Positions 35,225 to 35,456 of a stretch of DNA of 35,456 nucleotides are shown here, piece by piece. The stretch comes from Actinomycetales bacterium (GTDB taxonomy: Bacteria; Actinomycetota; Actinomycetes; Actinomycetales; Dermatophilaceae), in assembly GCA_038212865.1 (NCBI GenBank), contig JBBQUB010000001.1:1-35456 (forward strand), written 5' to 3'. A program made the position numbers and the translations under genes. Each line of letters begins with the position of its first letter. Position 1 is the stretch's first letter. The notes beneath the pieces were generated by a model that saw only the letters and a program-made list of their open reading frames with translations, had not been told where the DNA came from and did no database searches.

Positions 35225-35456
35225 TCGGGTCCGGCTCCCTGGATCAGGTCTGCCAGGTCACGCCCGAACCTGGTGACTATGTCCCGACAGGTTCGTCAAA
35301 CAGGCAAAGGCGCCTGCTCAAGAGATGACCCAAGCCCTGAGGCCAGCGAGAGCGGACTAGTTTGCCTGTCTGACAGGTCTTGCGACCCGACCACTTAGCG
35401 TGAGGCCATGCAGAGCAGGCCGTTCGACCTATCAGACACCGTGGTGGCCGTGGCGG

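Noticed and set aside
35408-35456. An ATG-initiated frame running off the 3' end of the window as the start of another gene.
   Set aside because: Only 16 codons are visible, which is too little to support a CDS call. It is mentioned only in connection with the upstream palindrome.

Overview
This window is high-GC actinobacterial core chromosome, and I see no convincing new multi-gene system in it.

Gene content, in order:
- The 3' end of the principal sigma factor gene.
- A minus-strand MoxR ATPase / DUF58 / TgpA-like transglutaminase operon, divergent from mraZ.
- A plus-strand run of about 29 kb holding the complete division and cell-wall (dcw) cluster: mraZ-rsmH-ftsL-ftsI-murE-murF-mraY-murD-ftsW-murG-murC-ftsQ-ftsZ.
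- The actinobacterial post-ftsZ block: pgeF-yggS-sepF-yggT-divIVA.
- A DksA/TraR-type zinc-finger gene with a long basic tail, lspA, an RluD-like pseudouridine synthase and dnaE.
- A PEBP/YbhB-family gene and an oligopeptidase-B-like S9 peptidase.

I found no rRNA, tRNA, CRISPR array, transposase, integrase or phage-like gene. All calls rest on motif recognition in the supplied translations and hand inspection of the DNA. No similarity search was run.

The points worth following up are small:
- Three GTGG boxes phased at 10 bp upstream of mraZ, a probable MraZ operator, in the control region shared with the MoxR operon.
- The 207-bp mraZ-rsmH spacer, where the actinobacterial mraW RNA motif would be expected.
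- Three copies (two direct, one inverted) of a 15-bp motif forming a 22-bp-stem hairpin between rluD and dnaE.
- -10-like hexamers 6-8 nt upstream of the likely dnaE, pgeF and ptrB start codons, suggesting leaderless mRNAs.
- In-frame tandem repeats in the LspA tail, DivIVA and MurE.
- The histone-tail-like N-terminus of the DksA/TraR protein.

Many long antisense or alternative-frame ORFs in the track are high-GC artefacts and were rejected.
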